Shown: in pieces, positions 8,335 to 18,259 of the stretch
How the letters are laid out: every line of letters begins with the position of its first letter
Position numbering within the stretch: position 1 is the stretch's first letter
IMG/VR virus record: IMGVR_UViG_3300021467_000082
Source: a virus
Taxonomy: Duplodnaviria; Heunggongvirae; Uroviricota; Caudoviricetes
DNA length: 64,000 nt
Strand: one strand, 5' to 3'
The notes under the pieces: generated by a model
Databases searched by the model: none
The model's input: the letters and a program-made list of their open reading frames with translations, nothing else
What the model was told of the DNA's origin: nothing
Program-made: the position numbers and the translations under genes

Positions 8335-9349
8335 TATAAAAATTACTGTTTTGTAATTTAATTAGCCCTCTACCAGCTAAATATTCAATTCCTTTCTCTG
8401 TTATCTCTCTGCCACGCTTTCCACGCACTATTAATCCTCTTTGGATTAAGTACGGCTCCGCAGTCTCGGCTAGAACTTTAGGAGATTCATGCAACATAGT
8501 GGCTAAATTCTCCAGTCCGACAGGGGCGTTTATTTCATATAATGCCTTAAGTAGATTAATATCAGTCTGTGTAAGCCCCGTGTCATCTATACCGGCCAGT
8601 TCAAAAACTAAATTAGCCGCTTCTAATGTAATAGTCTCCTGCTGGGACGCTATTACAAAATCTCTACAACGTTCTAATAAAGATACTAAAATTCTAGGTA
8701 CCCCCCGTCCACGAGACGCTATAACTTCTACTGCGTCTTTTTCAATAGGAATTTCTAGCCGTCTTGCGTGCAATTCTACTATTTTTTTAGACTCTTCCAA
8801 TGTATAAGTACTGAACAGAAACCTTAATTTAAACCGGTCTCTAAACGGCTTTGTCAATTTGCCATCATTTGTAGTTGCTCCAATCAAGGTGAATTCAGGG
8901 CATTTAAAGACCATCTCCTCTTTTACTTTTTTACCAACCGCTTTGATCAATTTTAAATCTTCTCTTGTCAATGGAATATAAAATTCTTCCATTAATATAC
9001 CGAGCATTTCCTGCGCTTGTACGGACAGTCCATGAATCTCATCGATGAATACTATTGTAGGACGAATATATGAAATTTTGTTTCCGTCTTTATCATAACC
9101 CTCTCTATTTAACCGTGCAGCTAACTTTAGTACATCTTTACGTTGCTTAAGAGAATCGCACGCCACGGTTCTAAATTCTGTCCTCAATATTCGTGCTATT
9201 TGTTTTGCAGTGCTCGTCTTCCCGCATCCTGCCGCACCAGCTAACAATATGTGTGGCAGAGCTCTATTTTGTTTTACTGCAGAATGCATAGCTATCGATA
9301 GTTGCTGCCATATTTCGACATTTCCAATTAAATCCATGACACCCTCCAA
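8324..9349 (-). CDS. RuvB-like AAA+ ATPase
   Basis: Walker A GAAGCGKTS, Walker B/sensor VFIDEIHGL, FTLIGATT...PFRDRF, RGVPRILVSLLERCRDFV resembling RuvB sensor-2/winged-helix region. Confidence 0.7.
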   Translation of the reverse strand: MEGVMDLIGNVEIWQQLSIAMHSAVKQNRALPHILLAGAAGCGKTSTAKQIARILRTEFRTVACDSLKQRKDVLKLAARLNREGYDKDGNKISYIRPTIVFIDEIHGLSVQAQEMLGILMEEFYIPLTREDLKLIKAVGKKVKEEMVFKCPEFTLIGATTNDGKLTKPFRDRFKLRFLFSTYTLEESKKIVELHARRLEIPIEKDAVEVIASRGRGVPRILVSLLERCRDFVIASQQETITLEAANLVFELAGIDDTGLTQTDINLLKALYEINAPVGLENLATMLHESPKVLAETAEPYLIQRGLIVRGKRGREITEKGIEYLAGRGLIKLQNSNFYIDV

Positions 9350-9394
9350 TTATAATTTAATCTACATATATTATAACACATAAATCGGAAAGTG

Positions 9395-10204
9395 TCAACA
9401 ACAAAAATATGCGGGGTTAAAATTTTCTTCATCATAGGCAGTAAGATCTGTCGACTGCTTTTTATCATCTTCTTTACTTTTCTCATCATCCTTATCTATT
9501 GGCAAAACAACGGTATATTTATTGGCCCTCAATTTCTCAATCTTTTCATTGAGTGCTTTAATAGCTTTATCCTTATCATATTTTGTTGTTCTCTCGAAAA
9601 CGGTCGTCGTAGTCCACGCGTTATTGATTTCTCCATTTTTAACTATAATTTTCTTACCAGTATTAGTATTAGTGGCAGCACCAGTTGTCGTCTTTTTCTC
9701 TCCTGATTTTGCTGGCCCATCAAGACTAAAATCCAGTGTATTATATTTTTTAAGCGCAATGTAAAGATAGTCATTTTTATGTACTTCAAATTTAGATGTA
9801 TCTATCAAATTGTTCTTTATCGTTTCCCTATTGTCTATAAAAAACTCATAAATTTTGTCCAGTAGCGCAAGAGATGCGTCTTGTTTTAAATTAAATGTGC
9901 GCTTAATAGTTGAATTAACTCCCCAACTATTTGTTCTACGTAATCCTATTGAAATTGTAGTAATATGGAAATATTCAGGATTTAACACAAATATAGCATT
10001 AGTAGCTTTCAATATCAAGTATTTATTAGCCATGCCCTTTAAATATATAGAATAGTTGGTGAAAGGTATAATACCTTTGAAGTATCCAACCAATATTTGT
10101 CTAGTTTTTGCATGGGCGACTTCGACCGCAACATAAACTATATTTTCAAATTCTTTTTCATCCAACATTGTAAGCCTCCACAGTTTTAGCCTTCGCAAAC
10201 ACAA
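9395..10204 (-). CDS. hypothetical protein with a K/D/E-rich C-terminal region
   Basis: ORF track, 269 aa. Confidence 0.5.
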   Translation of the reverse strand: MCLRRLKLWRLTMLDEKEFENIVYVAVEVAHAKTRQILVGYFKGIIPFTNYSIYLKGMANKYLILKATNAIFVLNPEYFHITTISIGLRRTNSWGVNSTIKRTFNLKQDASLALLDKIYEFFIDNRETIKNNLIDTSKFEVHKNDYLYIALKKYNTLDFSLDGPAKSGEKKTTTGAATNTNTGKKIIVKNGEINNAWTTTTVFERTTKYDKDKAIKALNEKIEKLRANKYTVVLPIDKDDEKSKEDDKKQSTDLTAYDEENFNPAYFCC

Positions 10205-10607
10205 TAAGCTTATAATTTCTATTGTAACCTCTACAATAAGCGATTGGTTCCATTCCTAATCTTAAATTATTCCTAATATTTATAGTATTAGTACTACGTA
10301 CCAAACCGTATACATACTTCGTAGGTGCAAAGTCTATACCTTTCTTTAATAATCGCTTTCCAATTCCCTGACTTCTATAATCTGGGTGAACTGCGAGATG
10401 TTTTAATTCCGTCACATACCCGTTCTTTTTTTGTACACCAATTGTACCAATCACTTTATTTCTATCCATTTCTATTATATATGTAATGTCGCTGCTTAAA
10501 ATATAGTGCGGCAATATAGTGTAATAGAATTGATCGCCGATATTTAATAAATGGGCGATCTGAGCAGCAACATCGTTTTTTGTTAAGGATAGAATGAATT
10601 TATTCAT
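10158..10607 (-). CDS. GNAT family N-acetyltransferase
   Basis: Motif A: LAVHPDYRSQGIGKRLLKKGIDFA. Confidence 0.75.
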   Translation of the reverse strand: MNKFILSLTKNDVAAQIAHLLNIGDQFYYTILPHYILSSDITYIIEMDRNKVIGTIGVQKKNGYVTELKHLAVHPDYRSQGIGKRLLKKGIDFAPTKYVYGLVRSTNTINIRNNLRLGMEPIAYCRGYNRNYKLIVFAKAKTVEAYNVG

Positions 10608-11736
10608 TTCTTCTCCTCATTAATAGATCTATTACCGCACGAGCCTCATCGTCGTTTCTCACATTACGTATTACTCTAATGAGACCTTCTTCGCCTTCGT
10701 CTACTGGCGGAAAATTTGCTGCTACTACCTGCGGTGCCTCACCATTGATATTTGCATCTAAGATATTTGCGTTTAAACCCTGATCATCTATCTGGCCACG
10801 CAAATCTACTGCTTGTGCTCCAACGGCTCTTTGTCGCCTATTCAATTCATTTAGTTTCGTATTGAACGCATTTACGTACTTATCAAAAGCCGTTCCTTGC
10901 AGGCCTGGACCGCTGTTTACTTCTATTATATATGGATTATCATTCGTATCTAATGCGCAATCTACAGCTCCAAAATCCAACCCTATTGCTGCAATCGCAT
11001 TAATAGCTGCCGTTTTCAAAGCACTCTTTACATTATTCAGGCTAACACTTCGGAATTTCCATCCTCTGCGATTACTTCTCACTATCCTGTCTGGAATTAT
11101 AACTTCCTTAGAAATTATTTCTAACACCTTATCAATTGTATAATTATCCACGTTCCATTCATTTTTATTGGCGTAATCCAAAACTTTTTCCTTACGCTGT
11201 TCGATCCAATGATTTATATCTGCATTCGGAACTTTCTTTACGGCATAAATAACCTTGCCAAAGGCTACGTGCAGTCTATATTCAGTTTTGACGTCTATAT
11301 ATTCTTGGAAATAATCCGCGCCATCTCCTATTGCATCCTTTACATGTGTCTTCGTCAAACAAACCCAGAGTCCTTTGCCACCTTGATGGAATTTTGTACG
11401 CCCAATTAACGGCAACGATATTACACCTCTGGTAATCTTACCTATAATATCATTTTCTGATCTCTCATATTTTGCAATAGTATTGACCAGATTATTATCT
11501 CGCACCATTATATCCAATGCGTTCAATTTATTTCTGTTTGCTCTAATAGCGTTTGGATGGTTGTATACTGTAATATCAGGATGTATATTAATGTCTCTAT
11601 TCGTTTTGGCACCCCATCCGATAAGCACATCCCCTGGCTGAAGCTCAGGCTTCTCACGCGTTCCATTTATGTTCAAGGTTGTTGCCAACGCTCTACCAGT
11701 TACATCAGTTGCTCCACTATACCATAAATAGATCAT
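10600..11736 (-). CDS. ATP-grasp enzyme (RimK/GshB-like)
   Basis: GRTKFHQGGKGLWVC, QEYIDVKTEYRLHVAFGKVIYAVKK, C-terminal PYIIEVNSGPGLQG. Confidence 0.8.
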   Translation of the reverse strand: MIYLWYSGATDVTGRALATTLNINGTREKPELQPGDVLIGWGAKTNRDINIHPDITVYNHPNAIRANRNKLNALDIMVRDNNLVNTIAKYERSENDIIGKITRGVISLPLIGRTKFHQGGKGLWVCLTKTHVKDAIGDGADYFQEYIDVKTEYRLHVAFGKVIYAVKKVPNADINHWIEQRKEKVLDYANKNEWNVDNYTIDKVLEIISKEVIIPDRIVRSNRRGWKFRSVSLNNVKSALKTAAINAIAAIGLDFGAVDCALDTNDNPYIIEVNSGPGLQGTAFDKYVNAFNTKLNELNRRQRAVGAQAVDLRGQIDDQGLNANILDANINGEAPQVVAANFPPVDEGEEGLIRVIRNVRNDDEARAVIDLLMRRRNE

Positions 11737-13049
11737 AATGTTTCCTCCGCAAATTTTAATTTTCTGTTATATTTCCATGCTGACTTGAAATATGGAGTTA
11801 CCCTCAATTCTTTCTCTTTTAGGCCTCTATTTACCAATTCTATGAATGTATCTATATATTTATTATATTTATTATATGTGGGCAATTCTTTAAGCTTTTG
11901 CAAAATATTTTTAACTAAACTATCATCTAATTCCCCGTGCACCTCTAATATTGGTTTAAGTCCGTCTCGGCCCAGATCTACACCAAATTCTTTACTTACA
12001 GCTAACTCTGGCAATAGATTCATATCATCGCCTAGAAAAGTGTGAGTATCCGTATATATAGGAGTAAATGCTTTAGCAATACCTTTCCTTTCGAGGTACT
12101 TATAATATGCCTCAGCTATTGCTTTAGCTGTGCCCAACACGGCTTTTGCTATTGTTGGATGCTTCAACCAGGCTCCACTAACTACTCTATATTCTAGCCT
12201 GTCTCTGTCGGTACGAAAATCACTTACTCTTCCATAATTAGATTTTCTCCGTCTATAAACTGACTTCTCTGCCCCTTCAATTATCATAAACGGAATAGCC
12301 AAAAGATAATTCAGAATATAATGCAAAACTGTAAACATCGAATATTTGGTATCGGGATCATTAATACCTTCTAATATCAATCTTGGCGTGCCTATGTGAA
12401 TATGACCGCCTATCCCATACACACAGGGCTCAATTGTATCAGGTTCAAAGAAAGGATCGGCATACCATGTGTATTTGTCAATTAACTCGACTTTTTCATC
12501 GTTGGTCAAAATAGTTTTAATATTCTCTATAAATTTGTCCACACTAATCTCTGGCTCTGGCCGTAGTTCGGCTAGTGGACCGTCATGTGCCAGTTTCCCC
12601 ATATGTCCAAGACCTTGAACATGAGAGGCATAAATAAATTGTTTAGAATTCAATAAAACGAATTCTGGATCAGCGCCAATTATTATATCGTCAATTGAAT
12701 CAGCAATCCAAATATTATCTACTTTGTTATCAGCTATATCTCCGCATAGATAATTAAACGTTTCTGAGGTTACAAAGCCAACTCTCAGGTAGTCTTCTTC
12801 TGACATTGTCTTTTTTATTTCTTTTAGGTCGGCGCTATAAGCGTGATATATATTAAGCACTAATCCTCTATTAACTCGTTTTGAAGTATCTCCATCTGGC
12901 CATAACTCAACCACTTTTTCTCTTTCCAGACCAAGATTTTCTCTAGCTTTTCTGCCAATCCTTATTAATTTGCGCTCGCTACGTTTCTCGTTTCTCCTCA
13001 CATTCCTATCCATTTTTTTAGAAACTACTAATATAATTCCGTTTTTCAT
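11733..13049 (-). CDS. amidoligase paralog A (GCS2/YbdK-like carboxylate-amine ligase family)
   Basis: ADPEFVLLN..., AELRPEP, GIGGHIHIGTP; the same motifs recur in 18222-19418 and 34397-35677. Confidence 0.6.
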   Translation of the reverse strand: MKNGIILVVSKKMDRNVRRNEKRSERKLIRIGRKARENLGLEREKVVELWPDGDTSKRVNRGLVLNIYHAYSADLKEIKKTMSEEDYLRVGFVTSETFNYLCGDIADNKVDNIWIADSIDDIIIGADPEFVLLNSKQFIYASHVQGLGHMGKLAHDGPLAELRPEPEISVDKFIENIKTILTNDEKVELIDKYTWYADPFFEPDTIEPCVYGIGGHIHIGTPRLILEGINDPDTKYSMFTVLHYILNYLLAIPFMIIEGAEKSVYRRRKSNYGRVSDFRTDRDRLEYRVVSGAWLKHPTIAKAVLGTAKAIAEAYYKYLERKGIAKAFTPIYTDTHTFLGDDMNLLPELAVSKEFGVDLGRDGLKPILEVHGELDDSLVKNILQKLKELPTYNKYNKYIDTFIELVNRGLKEKELRVTPYFKSAWKYNRKLKFAEETL

Positions 13050-14809
13050 TTTTCTACCTCGACAATTGATTTTATTTTTTCTAACTCCTCAGAATTAAAC
13101 ACCGATCGCAATTTATTAATCGTTTTATCTATATCTTCATGTTTATCATTTTTACCCTGATTAGCTATCAAATTTATTACTAGCTTCTTCAATTCATATA
13201 TATATTGACTACGTTTAGTTGACTTCTCTATCCATTTATAGTCCAGGTCTTCCATCGTTGCAGCCATAAAACCTTCTTTCCAGGCAACCTTATAGACTCT
13301 ATTCGCAATAATGGTAGGACCAAGCGAATCGAGCAAAGCCTCGCTAGTAATATCTATTCGATCCATTAATTCTTCATCACTCAAAAAACCTTTCTTATTT
13401 AATGGTAATTCCTGATACGCTAGTTCTGCTGTTTCTCTCACTTCAACAGGTATAGTATTTATATCGACTTCAACTGTTTCTACATTGTTATTGTCTGTGT
13501 CTTTAGCGTCATCCTTACCATTATTTGTTTCTTTAGCATCATCAACCGTATCTGCTTCTGCCACCGCATAGCTGGTTTTATCTTCTATAGTAACTGGTGG
13601 ACTAGCGACTTCTTCTTCAGAATCCATATCATATCCTAGATTCTCATTAGAATCGACATCAATAATCACCCCATTACTGGCAGTTAGCACCTTATCGCCG
13701 GCTTTTACAACATACTTTTTGGTGATATTATCAAATACTCTACGTGGCACTGCTTTATTTTCTTCCTTTTTAGGCTCTTCTTTGGCATTTTCTTTCTTGT
13801 CAGTTTCAGTTTTATTTTGGGCTGCTGTGTTTCTACTTGCATAACTACTTTGATATCCAGCACTACCGCCTTGATGCCTAGTGCCATAAGAATAGCCAGA
13901 CTTAGTAGTCGTTTGGGTATCAACCCATAATTTGGGATATCTAGCCATCTTCTTACTTTCACTGATATCATCTATTGTCGTATTTTCGTCTACATTAGCA
14001 TCCAAATTAAAGATAACGGCTGTATCGTCTGGCATAGTTTCTAACAACACATTATCTTTCTTGACTAGGCTGGGAAGTAATTCTTTGTCTTGATAATAAT
14101 TCGCTAGCCTTTCATATCGAGGCCATACAGCTGTCCAAAATTTACGTTCTGACATCATCAATAATATACCCAAACTTCTTATCAACACAAACTCTACAGG
14201 CCTTGCATCCCTAAACACCGGTACTTGCTTCAAGTTGTCTGCATTAAACAACACTACTGCAAACTGGCCTTGTAGCCTGGTTACAACTTCTTGAATCATA
14301 TCCAATGTAAATGGTTCAGTGCCTTTTTTCGTAAAATGGTCGAGCAATCTAAATATAGCTTCACTATCGACTTCACCATCTCTCTTGCATTTCAAGCGCT
14401 TAAAAATTTCCTCATGGTTTCTCAAAGTCCCATTATGAATGCCGACCAAATTACCTATTTTAATAGGATGATTATTTACATTTTTATAAGTATTTCCATA
14501 AGTTGCTGCTCTGCAGTGGCCTAAATATACTCTAGCGGGAGTTTCATGTTCTTTCCACACTTTGATAAGCCCGCCATAATATTCGCTTGAATTCCCAAAT
14601 TTATGTATGAAAGAACTTACTTTTTCGCCACGTTTCATACCATAGAAATTGCCATCATTGAATAAAACAGCAGCTCCTACTGCATCTTTGCCCCTTGTCT
14701 CTGTCTCCACTAGCAGCTCAGTAGTAAGAACTCTTAAAACTCTTTGTCTTGTTGCTTCTTCTTTTTTCGTTTTCTTTCCCAGTGTTAAACCAACAACTAT
14801 TCCGCACAT
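13046..14809 (-). CDS. class-II glutamine amidotransferase (Ntn, N-terminal Cys) domain protein with a low-complexity linker and C-terminal extension
   Basis: MCGIVVG..., RGKDAVG, GHCRAATYG...NNHP, GIHNGTLRNHEEI, DSEAIFRLL. Confidence 0.8.
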   Translation of the reverse strand: MCGIVVGLTLGKKTKKEEATRQRVLRVLTTELLVETETRGKDAVGAAVLFNDGNFYGMKRGEKVSSFIHKFGNSSEYYGGLIKVWKEHETPARVYLGHCRAATYGNTYKNVNNHPIKIGNLVGIHNGTLRNHEEIFKRLKCKRDGEVDSEAIFRLLDHFTKKGTEPFTLDMIQEVVTRLQGQFAVVLFNADNLKQVPVFRDARPVEFVLIRSLGILLMMSERKFWTAVWPRYERLANYYQDKELLPSLVKKDNVLLETMPDDTAVIFNLDANVDENTTIDDISESKKMARYPKLWVDTQTTTKSGYSYGTRHQGGSAGYQSSYASRNTAAQNKTETDKKENAKEEPKKEENKAVPRRVFDNITKKYVVKAGDKVLTASNGVIIDVDSNENLGYDMDSEEEVASPPVTIEDKTSYAVAEADTVDDAKETNNGKDDAKDTDNNNVETVEVDINTIPVEVRETAELAYQELPLNKKGFLSDEELMDRIDITSEALLDSLGPTIIANRVYKVAWKEGFMAATMEDLDYKWIEKSTKRSQYIYELKKLVINLIANQGKNDKHEDIDKTINKLRSVFNSEELEKIKSIVEVEK

Positions 14810-15846
14810 GATTGCATACTCCTTTCACCTTTCTTCAGAGTGAAATTCTTTAGAACTGCCCAAATAAATTTCGCTATGTCTATATGGTTCGCGACAAGCA
14901 CATTTTTCTCACCGTCTAACTCCATTAAATCGTCTTTATTGTCAGATCCTCCCAATATATAATTTAATACATAATAATTGCGAGTATAATACGATATATT
15001 ATCAAAAATACTCGATGTTAATTGAATCAAGAGACAATATATATCATCATTGATAAATGTAGGGAAAAAGTCTTCATATTTAAAATATGTTATATTAACT
15101 TTATCCACAGTTGCATAATAGGTATCATGTCCATCTGACAATAAATTTGTATATTTAAACGAACGATTAAATTCCTGAATATACTGTTCTATTATATTAA
15201 GAAGTTTCTCAATATTACTCTTGTTGACATTATTAAATGAGAAATTCACAAATCTATATTTATCCACCAATGCTCTAATATTATAAGGATTGGCTATGTT
15301 TATAGAATGTGCCAACTCCAATCTCTTATAAACATTGCCCGAGTATGTTGGTATTTGTGACAAATCTTCAACATTATTCGTTATGTCATTTTCTAATTTA
15401 ACCGGTTTAATTAAACCATCCACAAGCTCGTCCTTCTCCATGTCTATATTTACTTGTATGTGGTGATCCATAAACATAATGGGTTTATTTATTAGCTTTA
15501 AATCTTCAATCTCTCCTATCGAATGTTTACTACTAATTGTAAGTGGTATCTGTGTTAACTCAAACTTTGGAGTGTTAAATAAAAATACTGGTAAATATAG
15601 ATTGTCCCTATAATCATAATTATTTTTTACAATATTTAGTAAAATTTCTTTTGCTCGTTCAATATTAGCCAAACCTTCCCTATCGTCGGTTTTTACTTTA
15701 GCAAAAGATACGATAAACGGCACCCCTAGCATATCTAGATTCGTTTGATTAAACATCTTCATGCATAGCCGCTTTTTCGCATACGCTAAGAACGAATATT
15801 TAAATGTGATCTCGTCCTCCAATAATTTTATAAATTGTAAATCCAT
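14797..15846 (-). CDS. hypothetical protein
   Basis: ORF track, 349 aa; overlaps neighbours by a few nt (operonic). Confidence 0.5.
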   Translation of the reverse strand: MDLQFIKLLEDEITFKYSFLAYAKKRLCMKMFNQTNLDMLGVPFIVSFAKVKTDDREGLANIERAKEILLNIVKNNYDYRDNLYLPVFLFNTPKFELTQIPLTISSKHSIGEIEDLKLINKPIMFMDHHIQVNIDMEKDELVDGLIKPVKLENDITNNVEDLSQIPTYSGNVYKRLELAHSINIANPYNIRALVDKYRFVNFSFNNVNKSNIEKLLNIIEQYIQEFNRSFKYTNLLSDGHDTYYATVDKVNITYFKYEDFFPTFINDDIYCLLIQLTSSIFDNISYYTRNYYVLNYILGGSDNKDDLMELDGEKNVLVANHIDIAKFIWAVLKNFTLKKGERSMQSCAE

Positions 15847-15854
15847 AGTCTACC

Positions 15855-16628
15855 TCAACCGATAAGATTAGTTTTGAAAATTTTTCCTGTCAACACATCG
15901 ATTCTAACTATTTCGTTTTTTAATGTTATTTCACTACTTCTATTATTAGCAAATCTTCCGTAATTTTCTATTACGCCTAATATTTGAGCAGTCGATGCGA
16001 AAGTTATAACGTTTTCTTTTTTATAAATTCGCATGACTAATGGCGTATAGCTATTATCCCTAAATAGAACAACATATCTAGGATTCTTTCTATAGATAAA
16101 CGCACAGGCCATAGAACCTATGAGACGCGGTACTGTAAATTTAACGCTCTCTATCAGTGATTTACCCATTTTAAGATATTCATCTATCAATCTAAATATA
16201 ATTTCACTGTCCACCTGCCCATTGCGCTTTAACTGTGTATTAGTCTCAAATAAAACATCATCATTAGAAATTACACCATTATGAATACCTATTACATCAG
16301 ATGCTATTATAGGGTGATTGTTAAAATTATTAATAAATGGGCCTTTAGTCTGCGCTCTGGTATGCCCTAATATAGCTTTAGTCCTCGTGCCTATTTGTAT
16401 AGTATCAAATATCTTCTTTACTTCTTCATCTTCCACCAGCTTATTCGAGCGAACATAATTTTTATAAGTATATATTTTATCCTCATTCAAAACTACAATA
16501 CCACTGGCGTCAGATCCTCTAATTGCACATGCTTTAAACATATCTATAAATGAATTCTTCAATTGGTATTCTATAATTCTATTTGGAATTCTCTCTCCAC
16601 AATAGATAATTCCACATAACCCGCACAT
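15855..16628 (-). CDS. class-II glutamine amidotransferase domain protein (short)
   Basis: MCGLCGI..., RGSDASG, GHTRAQTKG...NNHP, GIHNGVISNDD, DSEIIFRLI. Confidence 0.8.
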   Translation of the reverse strand: MCGLCGIIYCGERIPNRIIEYQLKNSFIDMFKACAIRGSDASGIVVLNEDKIYTYKNYVRSNKLVEDEEVKKIFDTIQIGTRTKAILGHTRAQTKGPFINNFNNHPIIASDVIGIHNGVISNDDVLFETNTQLKRNGQVDSEIIFRLIDEYLKMGKSLIESVKFTVPRLIGSMACAFIYRKNPRYVVLFRDNSYTPLVMRIYKKENVITFASTAQILGVIENYGRFANNRSSEITLKNEIVRIDVLTGKIFKTNLIG

Positions 16629-16639
16629 ACTTTGCCTCC

Positions 16640-18259
16640 TTAAATCGAAATAATGGTTCCTAATTTAGAGGACCAGATTAAATTGCCTTCTCTAATTCCA
16701 TCTTCAATATAATTCTTGACGTCATCACTTGTTATCTTTACATCGCTAGTTTCGTTTACAATTTCAGTAACATTTCTTATCCATTCTTCTACATCTGTAC
16801 AATCATCTACTAATCTTAAATCTATAGCCTCATCTATTTTAATTTCCACTTGACTCTCTTTATTTAGTCTCACTTCTAAAGACTTTTCGATATCATCCCA
16901 CTTATCTCCTTCTATACGCCTCAACGCTACTGGCTTGTAAGCCAATTTTTCTAATACATCGTATGCAGGCCCAAGTTTAATTAAGATATTCTTCATTTGA
17001 GCCAACATATCCATAGCCTCTTCTCTAAAATATTCGGCGTGATCTAGCAATTCACTGGTATTACTGAATCTTGGTTCACTATAACTTTTGTGAGCTCCAT
17101 TCAAAATAACGTTTTTCATCTCTTTAGCTTTTGGATCATCCAATACTAATAGGCCATATCTGCTAATTTCTACTGCCTTTATTACAAAGGCGAAATGCAA
17201 ACAGGCCAGTGCCGCGTATATAGATGGACACAGCGTAGCATCTGCTTCCCTAAACTCTATATGAAATATTTCTACATCGCCATCAGGAGAAAAACGGCAA
17301 TTTTTATAATTTACAAAACCGTATTTATTACCGCCAGAATTATTTATAATCTTCTCAGATACTCTATACATCTGGCTTTTAACTGGAGATATATCTAGAA
17401 TGCTAACTCTAAACTTTTCCCATCTTGTCATGTGATTTGGATCTCCTAACGCCATTGTTATCCATGTTAATGCGTTTTGGTACTTCCTAATCAATTGATG
17501 CAAATTTGCCAGTATAATCTCTGGCATAGGCCTTTCCAATTCATTGGTGTTTTCATAGTATGATGCCAAAACATGCATGTGGGCGCCACATCGTTCATTC
17601 ACATATGCACCATGTTTCTTGGCCATATCCAGAATTTTCTTTGACATAGTATAAAATTCCCAATAGTTTACTCTCCTACCTACAGTTATAATCTCTACTC
17701 CACCGTCGTCAACCAAAGACCCATCTTTAGTAATCCGTACAACACCGCTTCCTACTTTACCATATGAACCGCTGGGTTTGAACGCATTTTTAAACTTTTT
17801 CCTCACTTCAGCAGGGGGCAAACTTTTGCGTTGATATTTTTCACATGTTTTACATGCCTTAACAAAATCTTGGCAATTCCAACACCGTGGCGCAAATTCA
17901 TTACAGCCGATTCCTATACATACAAAGCTATAATTTTCACAGTGCTGACAATTCTCAGGCTTACAATCCTCAGATCTGTTACCACACGTTTCTAGCGATG
18001 CAACGTTTCTACAATACGTCGTATTTGCACAGTCACTCCAACATTGCCTATTAGTCATATAATAGCATCCGCACTTTAAATTTCCACCAGCGCATCCATC
18101 TTTACCTTTTGGTAAATTCAACTCGAACTCAATGCCGACTTTCAAGATTCTATACAGTATATCTTTCCAATACCGTATCTCATGGGCATCAAGATGTTTG
18201 TCGATTCTAACATTTTTCTTGTCAGTTATGAATTTCCATTTGTTTCTGTTGTCTCTCAT
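16640..18259 (-). CDS. cysteine-rich protein (about 30 Cys in 110 aa), possibly a divergent amidoligase-like core (GAHMHV)
   Basis: Cys cluster CGCYYMTNRQCWSDC...CKTCEKY; later ERCGAHMHVLAS resembles the HIHIG motif of the paralogs. Confidence 0.4.
   Translation of the reverse strand: MRDNRNKWKFITDKKNVRIDKHLDAHEIRYWKDILYRILKVGIEFELNLPKGKDGCAGGNLKCGCYYMTNRQCWSDCANTTYCRNVASLETCGNRSEDCKPENCQHCENYSFVCIGIGCNEFAPRCWNCQDFVKACKTCEKYQRKSLPPAEVRKKFKNAFKPSGSYGKVGSGVVRITKDGSLVDDGGVEIITVGRRVNYWEFYTMSKKILDMAKKHGAYVNERCGAHMHVLASYYENTNELERPMPEIILANLHQLIRKYQNALTWITMALGDPNHMTRWEKFRVSILDISPVKSQMYRVSEKIINNSGGNKYGFVNYKNCRFSPDGDVEIFHIEFREADATLCPSIYAALACLHFAFVIKAVEISRYGLLVLDDPKAKEMKNVILNGAHKSYSEPRFSNTSELLDHAEYFREEAMDMLAQMKNILIKLGPAYDVLEKLAYKPVALRRIEGDKWDDIEKSLEVRLNKESQVEIKIDEAIDLRLVDDCTDVEEWIRNVTEIVNETSDVKITSDDVKNYIEDGIREGNLIWSSKLGTIISI

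Noticed and set aside
13705-13971. 88-aa minus-strand ORF nested inside the class-II GATase gene
   Set aside because: It is fully embedded in a different frame of a gene with strong domain evidence, so it is unlikely to be independently coding.
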